A stretch of 64,000 nt of DNA from Obrimoposthia wandeli (taxonomy: Eukaryota), in contig CDROCS010000121.1 of the NCBI GenBank assembly GCA_977020255.1, positions 1 to 64,000 on the forward strand, given 5' to 3'. The notes beneath the pieces are model-generated. The model searched no databases. It saw only the letters and a program-made list of their open reading frames with translations, and was not told the origin of the DNA. Numbering within the stretch: position 1 is the first letter of the stretch; each line of letters opens with the position of its first letter. The position numbers and the translations under genes are program-made. Positions 20,057 to 28,452 of the stretch are shown in pieces.

Positions 20057-20569
20057 ATGTCTAAGTTTCTATTACTAATTATGATTTCAATATTCTTCAT
20101 TGGATGTGGAGCTAAATATCCACATCTACCTACGGTTAACAATGTTGATATTCAAAAATATAAAGGTACATGGTATGAAGTAGCAAGATTTGAGCATTTT
20201 TTTGAAAAAGGATGTAAAAATGTTACTGCAACATATAAATTAAAAGAAGATGGTGATATCAAAGTTATCAACAAATGTACAAATATAGATGATAATGAAT
20301 CAAAAGAGGCTTTTGGTATAGCTTATCCTACTGATAAAACCAACTCAAAACTAAAAGTGAGTTTTTTTAGACCATTCTATGGTGATTATTATATAATAGA
20401 TTTAGCAGATGATTACAGTTATGCACTTGTGGGAAGTCCAAGTAGAGAACTACTATGGATTCTTTCACGTACAAAAACTATTACTGATGAAACAAAAAAT
20501 AAGATTTTAAAAAAAGCAACGTTATCAGGATTTGATGTAAATAAATTCATCTGGACAATACAGGAATAA
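20057..20569 (+). CDS. blc: Bacterial lipocalin lipoprotein (Blc)
   Basis: Lipobox FIGC, KYKGTWYEVAR, KLKVSFFRPFYGDY, LWILSR. Confidence 0.9.
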   Translation: MSKFLLLIMISIFFIGCGAKYPHLPTVNNVDIQKYKGTWYEVARFEHFFEKGCKNVTATYKLKEDGDIKVINKCTNIDDNESKEAFGIAYPTDKTNSKLKVSFFRPFYGDYYIIDLADDYSYALVGSPSRELLWILSRTKTITDETKNKILKKATLSGFDVNKFIWTIQE

Positions 20570-20570
20570 T

Positions 20571-21029
20571 ATGAAAAAAATTATACAAACATCACAGATA
20601 AATTGTACTTTAGAAGAATTATTTGAGTTTCATTTAGATTCTCAAAATATAACTAAAATCACACCATCAAACACTAAAGTAGAATTACTAAGTGAAGATA
20701 CTCCTGCTTTTGAGGGAAAAATCGTAAAATTAAAAACTACAAGGATGTTTATACCAATTATTTGGGAAGTAAGAATAGAAAAGCTTGAGAAACCAAATAT
20801 TTTAATAGACTTAGCAATAAAATCACCATTTAAGTATTGGAAACATCAACATGTTTTTACACAAAAAGGGAATCATTGTGAACTTCAAGATATTATTGAA
20901 TTTGAATTACCTTTTGGCGTATTTGGAAAAATAATAGAACCATTTCTTACATTTGATATTAAAAAGATGTTTGAGTACAGACATAAAAAGACTAAAGAAG
21001 TTTTAGAAAATAAAAAGATCAAAATATGA
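20571..21029 (+). CDS. SRPBCC-family protein
   Basis: LFEFHLDSQNITKITP, KSPFKYWKHQHVF, MFEYRH. Confidence 0.85.
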   Translation: MKKIIQTSQINCTLEELFEFHLDSQNITKITPSNTKVELLSEDTPAFEGKIVKLKTTRMFIPIIWEVRIEKLEKPNILIDLAIKSPFKYWKHQHVFTQKGNHCELQDIIEFELPFGVFGKIIEPFLTFDIKKMFEYRHKKTKEVLENKKIKI

Positions 21030-21391
21030 AAAGTTTAATAATAATTGCACATGGAAGTAAAAAAGAATCTTCTAATGATGAAGTAAAAGAGATTGTAGAG
21101 AATATTAAAAAATATAACACTGCATATTCAAATATAGAGGTGTCATTTTTAGAGTTTGAATCTCCTAGTTTAGAAGATAGTGTTAAAAAATGCGTTGAAC
21201 TAAAATCTCAACAAATATCTATTTATCCGTATTTTTTAAACTCCGGAAAACATGTTACATTTGATATCCCAGATATTGTTGAAGAATTAAAAACTAAATA
21301 TCTAAAGACAAGTTTTGTGATACTACCACACTTTGGAAAATCTGAAAGTGTAACTAATATAATATTATCAGATATAAATAAAAATCAATAA
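21026..21391 (+). CDS. CbiX/SirB-family small chelatase
   Basis: IIAHGSK, SFLEFESPSL, PYFLNSGKHVTFDIP, PHFG. Confidence 0.88.
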   Translation: MKSLIIIAHGSKKESSNDEVKEIVENIKKYNTAYSNIEVSFLEFESPSLEDSVKKCVELKSQQISIYPYFLNSGKHVTFDIPDIVEELKTKYLKTSFVILPHFGKSESVTNIILSDINKNQ

Positions 21392-21409
21392 TAGTAGGGG
21401 AAACATAAT

Positions 21410-22622
21410 ATGAATAACTACATCCCACACCTGAGTAAATTTGATCCAGATTCAAATGGACATTTCGGAATATTCGGAGGACGTTATGTTCCTGAAACAC
21501 TTATGCCTATATTGTTAGAACTTGAAGAAAGTTATAATAAATATAGATTTGATGAACAGTTTTGGGAAGAGAGTGAAATCTATCTTTAAAAAGAGGAGTA
21601 TGGCAAGAGTAGACCCAATCCTCTTTGTTTCGCTCCAAATATTAGTAAAGAAATAGGGCTAAGGTATATTTAAAAAGAGAAAGATTTAAGGAAAAAATCA
21701 CATACTGGTGCTCATAAAATAAACAATGTTATAGCACAAGGTGTAACCAAAAAAGACTTGGTAAAACAAAAGTTATTTAGAAACAGGGTGCAGGACAACA
21801 TGGTGTTGCAACAGCTACTGTTTGTGCTCTTATGCGGTTTTAGAGTGTACTATTTTTATGGGTGCAAAAGGCAACGTCAAGAACTTAATGTTTTTAGAAT
21901 GAAACTACTAGGTGCAAAGGTTGTATCAGTTGAATCAGGAAGTAGATCTTTAAAAGATGCAATGAATGATGCAGAATTCAGTTTTTGGGTTACAAATGCT
22001 AGAGATACTTTTTATATCATTGGGACGTTGCTAGGTCTCATCGCAGCTCTATGATGTTAAAGAGATTTTCAAGCTATCATTGGTTGGGAAACAAGACAAC
22101 AAATTCTTGAAAAGAAAATGAGCTTCCTGATAAAGTTATCGCTTGGTGGTGAATTGAGATCTATGCTATTGGTATGTTTTCACATTTTTTAGAGGATGTT
22201 GATGTAGAGTGTATTGGAATAGAAGCTGGTGGTCATGGAATCGAAACTGATATGCATGGTTGTAGTTTGAAAAAAGGAAGTCCGGGAGTATTACATGGAC
22301 AATGTTCTTATTTATTGCAAGATGAAGATGGACAAGTACAAGAAGCACATTCTATATCTGCTGGATTAGATTATCCAGGAATTGGACCTGAACATAGTTT
22401 CCATAATGATTTAGGTAGGAAATGATAATCACTGATGATGAAGATGGATGCATTTGTATGGTTAAGCCAAAAAGAGGGTATCATACCAGCTTTGATCAGA
22501 ATCATGCCATAGCATATTTGAAAAAAGCTAAAGAAACATTACAAGGTAAAATAGTAGTTATCAATCTATCTGGTCGTGGTGATAAAGATATACAACAAGC
22601 AAATGAGATTTTTAAATTTTAG
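21410..22622 (+). pseudogene. trpB: Tryptophan synthase beta chain, heavily frameshifted
   Basis: [74 protein letters not shown]. Confidence 0.9.
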
Positions 22623-22689
22623 TTTCATTAATTATTTGACGAAGAACATTGGTAAATAGACATCTTCTAAATTTTCAAAAAGTTAGATA

Positions 22690-22872
22690 CGTAAGAGTAT
22701 AACACCTCAAAAAAAGCAGACAATAATTTCTAAATTTCAATTAACAATAAAATTTAAAGGGTAGAAAATGAGTCGAAAAAGAACTACATATAGTACAGAA
22801 TTTAAAACAAAAATAGTATTGGAAGTTTATATTACACCTAAAAACCAAGACAATTTTTTACTTGCTAAGTAG
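22690..22872 (+). mobile_element. IS3-family remnant (left end plus the first ~20 codons of OrfA)
   Basis: ORF 22768-22872 begins MSRKRTTYSTEFKTKIVLEV, typical of IS3 OrfA HTH starts, then breaks off; no OrfB follows. Confidence 0.6.
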
Positions 22873-23179
22873 TTTTTGTATATTTTGTATCTTGTCTTGC
22901 AAATTCTTTTACAAATTGATCTCTCAATGCCACAGGTCCATTTATAATTTCTATAAAGAATTTTGAATCTTCTTTGAATCTAAGTTCTTTCATTATGTCA
23001 TCTATATCTTTTTCTCTAAAAGAACTGGTCATGACAAAATCTAAATCAAATGAGGAATAAAATTGTTTGGTGTATATCTCCATACACCATCCACCGGATA
23101 ATACAGCTATATAATTCTTGTCATCTAATTTTTGACATACATAAGCCGCCAACTCTTGTATATTAAAATTACTTAGCAT
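22865..23179 (-). pseudogene. Truncated nucleotidyltransferase-fold protein
   Basis: ELAAYVCQKL..AVLSGGWCMEIYT..YSSFDLDFV carries a GG/DxD NTase motif; the C-terminus is cut where the IS remnant ends. Confidence 0.6.
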
Positions 23180-23530
23180 GTGTAATAGCAGGACTATAAT
23201 TTGTATTGTGTGAGGATTGATATTCTAGAGGTTTATCTTTTTTCGTGAAGCTTCCTCTTTTATTGTAATCATCGAGTTCTTCTATTAAGTCTTCTTCATA
23301 TGCAGATTTGGCTCTTTTTAGTAATTGTAACAATTCTTTGTAGAAAGGGTATCTTTTGTTTAATTCGTAGAATCTTGTGTTTCCTATCGTTTTACCGATA
23401 AGGATATTACCATCTTCATATTTAACAATTTGTTTTTTACACCTGATGTGGATATCTTATAAAATCTTGAAATCTCTCTTATATAACAGTTATATTTAAA
23501 TGTCAAGATAGTGATATATTATGTACCTTT
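23169..23530 (-). pseudogene. Frameshifted winged-HTH regulator overlapping the NTase start (absent from the ORF track)
   Basis: Manual translation gives CYIREISRFYKISTSGV / KQIVKYEDGNILIGKTIGNTRFYELNKRYPFYKELLQLLKRA...KDKPL; stop at 23169-23171. Confidence 0.55.
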
Positions 23531-23740
23531 GCTTTTTATCTATTGGTGTACAGCAGAATCAACTGTGGACATTATATTTCATATGAATTAAAAAATGGAG
23601 TATATTGTATAAACACATTGTCACTGCAATTGTCAAAAAAGAAATTTTGTTATCAACAAATCAAATAATCTCTAATACTTTAGTAAAGTGTGACTATTTA
23701 TGTGACATTCTTTTTGTATAATAGCAAAAAAAGGGCATAA

Positions 23741-23854
23741 ATGAATGAAATAAAACTAGTATCAAGATGTGTTAATTCTTGGTTGGATAATTATATGAAG
23801 GCTAAGAGTTATAGTGATGTTAGAGATACTGTTTTGAAGATTAAGGGGGTTTAG
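23741..23854 (+). CDS. Small ORF (37 aa, MNEIKLVSRCVNSWLDNY...)
   Basis: AAGGG RBS, TATAAT at 23717-23722, stop 3 nt before the next gene; function unknown. Confidence 0.35.
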   Translation: MNEIKLVSRCVNSWLDNYMKAKSYSDVRDTVLKIKGV

Positions 23855-23857
23855 GGG

Positions 23858-24907
23858 ATGAGTTTTTTGAATCAATTTGTATCCAAAGTAACTCCTACAA
23901 TGGCAGTTTCTGTAGGAATTATACTCCTTATATCTAATGAATCAAAATTTGCACTTCGAGAGATTGGTTTAGATGCCACAGGGATTGCCGTTTTACTCTT
24001 AATTACAGGGGGTGTTGTGCTTATATTATCTTATTTACAATCTGCTAAAAAGGATAATGTATCAAATGACAAGACAAGTTGGGAAAATATACAATATTAT
24101 AGTTTTAATGAAAATAAAAATGATAAAAGTAGTGATTTTTCATTTGAAGCAGAGAAACGTAAAATCATTAAAGAATCACAATATTTAAACGAATTAAGAA
24201 AGAAATCATTAAGCTCAGAATTAGAAGAGTCTGATAAAGAAAAAATCATACAAGATACTATTAAAGAAAATAGTGCAGAATCCATTAAAACAATTTTTTC
24301 ACAACAGGTTTCTGCTTTTACTAAGCAAATAACTGAATTTATTGGTTTAGAATCAATTAGAAATTCTTTTAATACTATTATTGGTCGCTTGCAAAAAGAA
24401 ATTAATGATTTAGGACGGAGAGCCAATGTTAATTTAATATTAGGTATAGCAATTAGTGCTTTTGGAATTTATGTATTAGGTGATGGTATTGATATATTTA
24501 AAGCAAATACTATCTTACCCATTGATACAGAAGTACAACCTCTCATTCAAAAAAATATAACAAGTACATTGATAGAATTATTACCTAGGTTTTCTTTTGT
24601 GTTTGTTATTGAATTATTTGCCTATTTCTTTTTAAAGTTATATAAAAATGGACTAGATGAAATTAAATATTTTCAAAATGAACTTACAAATGTAGAATCA
24701 AAACTTATCTCTATAGAAGTGGCATATATCACAAAAAATGATGCTTCTATGAAAGAAGCACTTGATGTACTAGTAAAAACAGAAAGAAACTTTGTTCTTA
24801 AAAAAGGTGAAACAACAGTTGAGCTGGAGAAGGCTAAGTCTGAATCTGAGAGTATGAAAGCTATTATTAATGCTGTTCCTAGTTTGTTTAAGCAGAAGGG
24901 GAGATAG
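23858..24907 (+). CDS. Hypothetical membrane protein (about 4 TM, coiled-coil middle)
   Basis: 349-aa clean ORF with two hydrophobic pairs; C-terminal YFQNELTN and ERNFVLKKGETT segments. Confidence 0.8.
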   Translation: MSFLNQFVSKVTPTMAVSVGIILLISNESKFALREIGLDATGIAVLLLITGGVVLILSYLQSAKKDNVSNDKTSWENIQYYSFNENKNDKSSDFSFEAEKRKIIKESQYLNELRKKSLSSELEESDKEKIIQDTIKENSAESIKTIFSQQVSAFTKQITEFIGLESIRNSFNTIIGRLQKEINDLGRRANVNLILGIAISAFGIYVLGDGIDIFKANTILPIDTEVQPLIQKNITSTLIELLPRFSFVFVIELFAYFFLKLYKNGLDEIKYFQNELTNVESKLISIEVAYITKNDASMKEALDVLVKTERNFVLKKGETTVELEKAKSESESMKAIINAVPSLFKQKGR

Positions 24908-24910
24908 GGG

Positions 24911-25686
24911 ATGAGCGATATAAAAGGTTTTGGAAATTCTGCAAAAGATTTAGCAAAAAATCCTTTAGGTATTATTGCATTGTTTATATTATTAGTATAT
25001 GGTTTTGCTTGTCTGTTATTTGGATTTTCAGCTGAAAAACTAACGTCTGAAGAAAGAACACCTATTATTTGGTTTGTAGTAATATTTCCAGTAATTGTTT
25101 TAGGTATATTTGGATGGTTAGTGTCACGACATCATACTAAGTTATATGCTCCTAAAGATTTTCAGAATGAGGATAATTTTGTTAATTCATTACATCCCAA
25201 AATTACTCAACCGACAACACAACTAAAAATGAATGAAGAAGTTGAATCACTTCTAAAACAAGGTGAAAATTCTGTATTATTAAATACACAAATTGATGTG
25301 ATTAATGTTGATATAAAAAAGAAAAAAATAGAACCAATTGGAACGCTTAATGAAATACTTATAAAACAATTAGCTATTGCTCAGATAACAACATCATTTC
25401 ATGATATTTTTCATTTTATTTTTATGTCTCAAATTGAACTGCTAAAAGATATTAACTCATCTAATAAAGGTTTAAATGAAGAAAAAATAAATATGTTTTT
25501 TGAAAATAAAAAGAAAGATACTGTCCTTAAAAAAACAGAATTAAAAGATTATATTGGCTTTTTAACTGCATTTGATTTAATTAAGAAAGATGGGTCAGAA
25601 TATTATAAATTACAGACAGAGGCAGTGAGTTTTTAAGTTGGCTAATACTAACTAAATATGATGAAATGATTTCAAAACCACTTTAA
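24911..25686 (+). CDS. Hypothetical 2-TM protein; probable frameshift near 25608, true stop likely at 25686
   Basis: N-terminal NPLGIIALFILLVY / LYAPKDF TM hairpin; a shifted frame after the A-run continues TDRGSEFLSWLILTKYDEMISKPL*. Confidence 0.75.
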
Positions 25687-26063
25687 TAGATAAGTATAGT
25701 CGATACATTGAGTTTGAAGACATTTTTTTGACTAAGTTATCTCCAAATCTATAAGATGTACATACATCACCTGATTTAGTTTCTGTTGTAGTGAAATATA
25801 GCTAAAGTATAAAGAAATAGAGTTGATTATGTACTAAAAGTGATTAAATATTATATGGAACAACTCACTTTTAATTTAAAGTAGAAAGTTTTAATAAATT
25901 ACAAATCACTAACTGTATATAATGCCTTTAGAATAAAATTACTTTTTAGTAAAACTTATTTGGAGTAGCATCATGGATAGAAAAATGATTTAAAACCCAA
26001 GTTAAGTAGAATATTATGTATTTAAATTCTAGAAAATTAAATAAAAGGGAATTTGTAATTTAG

Positions 26064-26645
26064 ATGGCAGAATATAAAATCAAAACAGAACAATCCCATT
26101 ATGCAAATTTAAAAAGACAATTACAACAAGACTTTTCTGAATTAAAAAAAGTTTTTGAGAAGAACTCTAAAAAAAGTAAAGTTAGTAAACCTATTTTTAA
26201 TTCATTTCAACAAGAAATATATGAATACATAACGACGGCAAAAATATCTGCAGTATTAAAAATAACAAGAGAAGATAAATCTATCATTAATGTGCATATA
26301 GAAGATGGAGATGATAAAAAAGGTTTAAAACATATTTTACTTAGACATTATGGTAAAAATGAAGATGGTACAGATAAAGAAGGTGAAATATTTGCTAGAG
26401 ATATTATAAACTTTGCAAATGTTATAAAATTTGGTAGAGAATTAACTGATGCTGAGATAAATAAAGATAGTAAAGATTTAATAGGTTTTGCTTTTGAAAA
26501 GAATAAACATCTGAATAAACCAGACGATAAAAAAGAATTTTTCAAAGTTTTCTTACTTCCACAAGATAATGGTAGTCACACTGTAACTTTTTTCTGTGCT
26601 GATAATAAGGGGAATAAAACTAAAGAAAATGGAACTTCTCCTTAA
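26064..26645 (+). CDS. Hypothetical protein, candidate BECR/PBECR-like ribonuclease
   Basis: Clean 193-aa ORF; GDDKKGLKHILLRHY resembles the G-L-x-H-I-x-x-x-H motif of PBECR/DUF3519-type domains (recognition, not a search). Confidence 0.55.
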   Translation: MAEYKIKTEQSHYANLKRQLQQDFSELKKVFEKNSKKSKVSKPIFNSFQQEIYEYITTAKISAVLKITREDKSIINVHIEDGDDKKGLKHILLRHYGKNEDGTDKEGEIFARDIINFANVIKFGRELTDAEINKDSKDLIGFAFEKNKHLNKPDDKKEFFKVFLLPQDNGSHTVTFFCADNKGNKTKENGTSP

Positions 26646-26752
26646 TAGCTCTTGACCAATTGTAGGTCTTCTCTTATAAAAGAGTAGCATTTGCTAAGGG
26701 TCGAAGTTCACGCTATTTGATAGTCCGGTAACAGTAAGTGGGCATATCATTG
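26631..26752 (-). ncRNA. Candidate structured antisense RNA overlapping the 3' end of 26064-26645
   Basis: Nested pairings: GAACTTC 26632-38 / GAAGTTC 26703-09; CCTTA 26640-44 / TAAGG 26695-99; GACC 26654-57 / GGTC 26665-68; CTCTT 26671-75 / AAGAG 26680-84; minus-strand TATAAT at 26763-26758. Confidence 0.4.
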
Positions 26753-26757
26753 AATCT

Positions 26758-26790
26758 ATTATACATAAAGTAATTTAAAAGTAATTTAAA
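26758..26790 (-). promoter_or_regulatory. Sigma70-type promoter firing toward the candidate RNA
   Basis: TATAAT preceded by a tandem TAAATTACTTT repeat (plus-strand AAAGTAATTTA x2). Confidence 0.45.
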
Positions 26791-26836
26791 TTATATTATA
26801 TAATATAAAATGATTTAATATTATATTTTTTAAAAA

Positions 26837-27019
26837 TTACTTAAGTATTACCAATTCATCTAAATAACCACTCCACCAGTTAACAATAACACTCATATCT
26901 TCTATATTATTGGCTCTGTTATATGCACCTTCAACATCTCAATCTACTTTATGAGCTAATATTCTTTCTACAAATTCATTTTTGAGATTGAACTCTTCTT
27001 GGTGTGAATTTATATTGTG
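26837..27019 (-). mobile_element. Tyrosine integrase C-terminal remnant with an in-frame stop
   Basis: Manual translation EFVERILAHKVD*DVEGAYNRANNIEDMSVIVNWWSGYLDEL matches the LAH...AYNR...WW..YLD tail of P4-type integrases. Confidence 0.75.
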
Positions 27020-27048
27020 ATGATAAAGGTGGTGATTATTAGGATAAA

Positions 27049-27067
27049 GGTGTACTTTTTGGTGTAC
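27049..27067. repeat. GGTGTAC direct repeat (12-bp period), arm-type integrase-site-like
   Basis: GGTGTAC at 27049-55 and 27061-67, between the rnpB 3' end and the integrase remnant. Confidence 0.45.
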
Positions 27068-27122
27068 CTTAGATATTTAAATTGATTATATTTACTTTAG
27101 ATAAATGATTTGTTGTCAGTAA

Positions 27123-27460
27123 AAGGTACAACGATAAGCTGAGTTTTGTAGTTAGCAATAATTTATCTACTTGATTTGTTACCAAATCAATCTAGCGAAG
27201 AGCCATCATCGTGAAGCTTATACCATCTCTTCTTGCTGCCTGGTTGGGTTTACATAACTGTAATGATTACTCAAAACATTGGTAGGCTCTTACCCCACCG
27301 TTTCACCTTTGCCTCATATCTATCCAAGATTGAGGTAGTTTACTTTCTGTTGCACTGTCCCTTAGGTTACCCTAGCCATCAGTTAGATGGAACCATGCTT
27401 CACAGCAGCCCAGACTTTCCTCTTGAACTTTGCAGTTCAAGCTATTGCTTGTCGTACCTT
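27123..27460 (-). ncRNA. rnpB: RNase P RNA
   Basis: GAGGAAAGTCTGGGC, AGTGCAACAGAAAGTAAACTACC, GGTGAAACGGTGGGGTAAGAGCC, ACAAAACTCAGCTTAT conserved regions; P1 pairs AAGGTACGAC with GTTGTACCTT; TATAAT at 27472-27467. Confidence 0.95.
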
Positions 27461-27491
27461 TGTGGAATTATAGCTAATAATTATTAAATAT

Positions 27492-28022
27492 TTATTTTTT
27501 TATGATATCAAACTCGAAAGGGATAGTAAACTTGAAAATTTTACCATTAATTTGATGATTTTGCTTTACATTTTTAAACGAAATCACTACATTATTTTCA
27601 ATTTCATCTTTATATGCAATTTGTTGTAATATTTTATTTTTTAGCATTAATGAATACTGAACATTATTAAAATCAGAAGTGTATATATTGTCTGAAACTT
27701 TTGTTGCATTTTTAAGTAAGTTTAGTATGTTTATTTCATTATCAAGTTTTGTGATAATTGCTTGTTCTAATTCTGGTTCAATTATTGTTACTGTATATTT
27801 TTTAATATATACAAACTTTTCAATAGGGTCTAGGTATTGCCATTTGATTTTATTTGGTTCTTGAATATGTAATAAACCATTGTATATTACTTTATTTCCA
27901 GATGGATTTGTTATTGTTTGCATAAATGATGCTTCAAAAGTTTTTAAGTTTTTAAAATCATTTGCATTTAAAATGGAAGTTGTTATAAATAAAAAAATAA
28001 TTATTTTTTTAAAGTGAATCAT
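27492..28022 (-). CDS. lolA: Outer-membrane lipoprotein chaperone LolA
   Basis: Signal peptide, FEASFMQTITNPSG, IKWQYLDP, IIEPELEQAII, FKFTIP. Confidence 0.88.
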   Translation of the reverse strand: MIHFKKIIIFLFITTSILNANDFKNLKTFEASFMQTITNPSGNKVIYNGLLHIQEPNKIKWQYLDPIEKFVYIKKYTVTIIEPELEQAIITKLDNEINILNLLKNATKVSDNIYTSDFNNVQYSLMLKNKILQQIAYKDEIENNVVISFKNVKQNHQINGKIFKFTIPFEFDIIKK

Positions 28023-28136
28023 AGTTTGCCTTTGAGCTTATAGAATATCTAATAATATCATATTCTTATTTAATCCAATTTAATGACTTTATAATAATTT
28101 TTTAAATAAAATAAAATAATTAATATTAGGATATGT

Positions 28137-28448
28137 ATGAATACAGTTGAGTTACAAAACATTGCAGATGAATTAGATTTTGATTTAGAAGATGTTGAAA
28201 TGTTAATTGCAGTTTTTATAGAAAGTGTTACCGAGTCACTTGTATTATTAAAAGACGCAATTAAAGACAATAATTACGATGATATCTTTAAATCTGCTCA
28301 TGCTATAAAAGGTAGCTCTGCCAATTTAACATTAATGGAAATTTCAGACTTATCAAAAATAATAGAATCAGAGTCAAGAGAATCTAATGAAATAGATTAT
28401 CTAAGTTTATACAATAAACTTGATTTATTAATACAAAAAATAAAATAA
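28137..28448 (+). CDS. Stand-alone Hpt phosphotransfer protein
   Basis: SAHAIKGSSANL Hpt motif. Confidence 0.9.
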   Translation: MNTVELQNIADELDFDLEDVEMLIAVFIESVTESLVLLKDAIKDNNYDDIFKSAHAIKGSSANLTLMEISDLSKIIESESRESNEIDYLSLYNKLDLLIQKIK

Positions 28449-28452
28449 ATAT

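Noticed and set aside
22621-23720. Duplicated rnpB 3' end (second att site) at the left island boundary
   Set aside because: No convincing direct repeat found by eye, so the left boundary is undefined
25684-25770. IDKYSRYI-like stretch as an IS3 integrase-core fragment
   Set aside because: Too short and no other DDE residues; could be chance
26632-26709. tRNA, or a known riboswitch such as c-di-GMP-I/II, as an explanation of the multi-stem structure
   Set aside because: No T-loop GTTC, no U33 in the 7-nt loop on either strand, no CCA or acceptor geometry; GEMM motifs not matched
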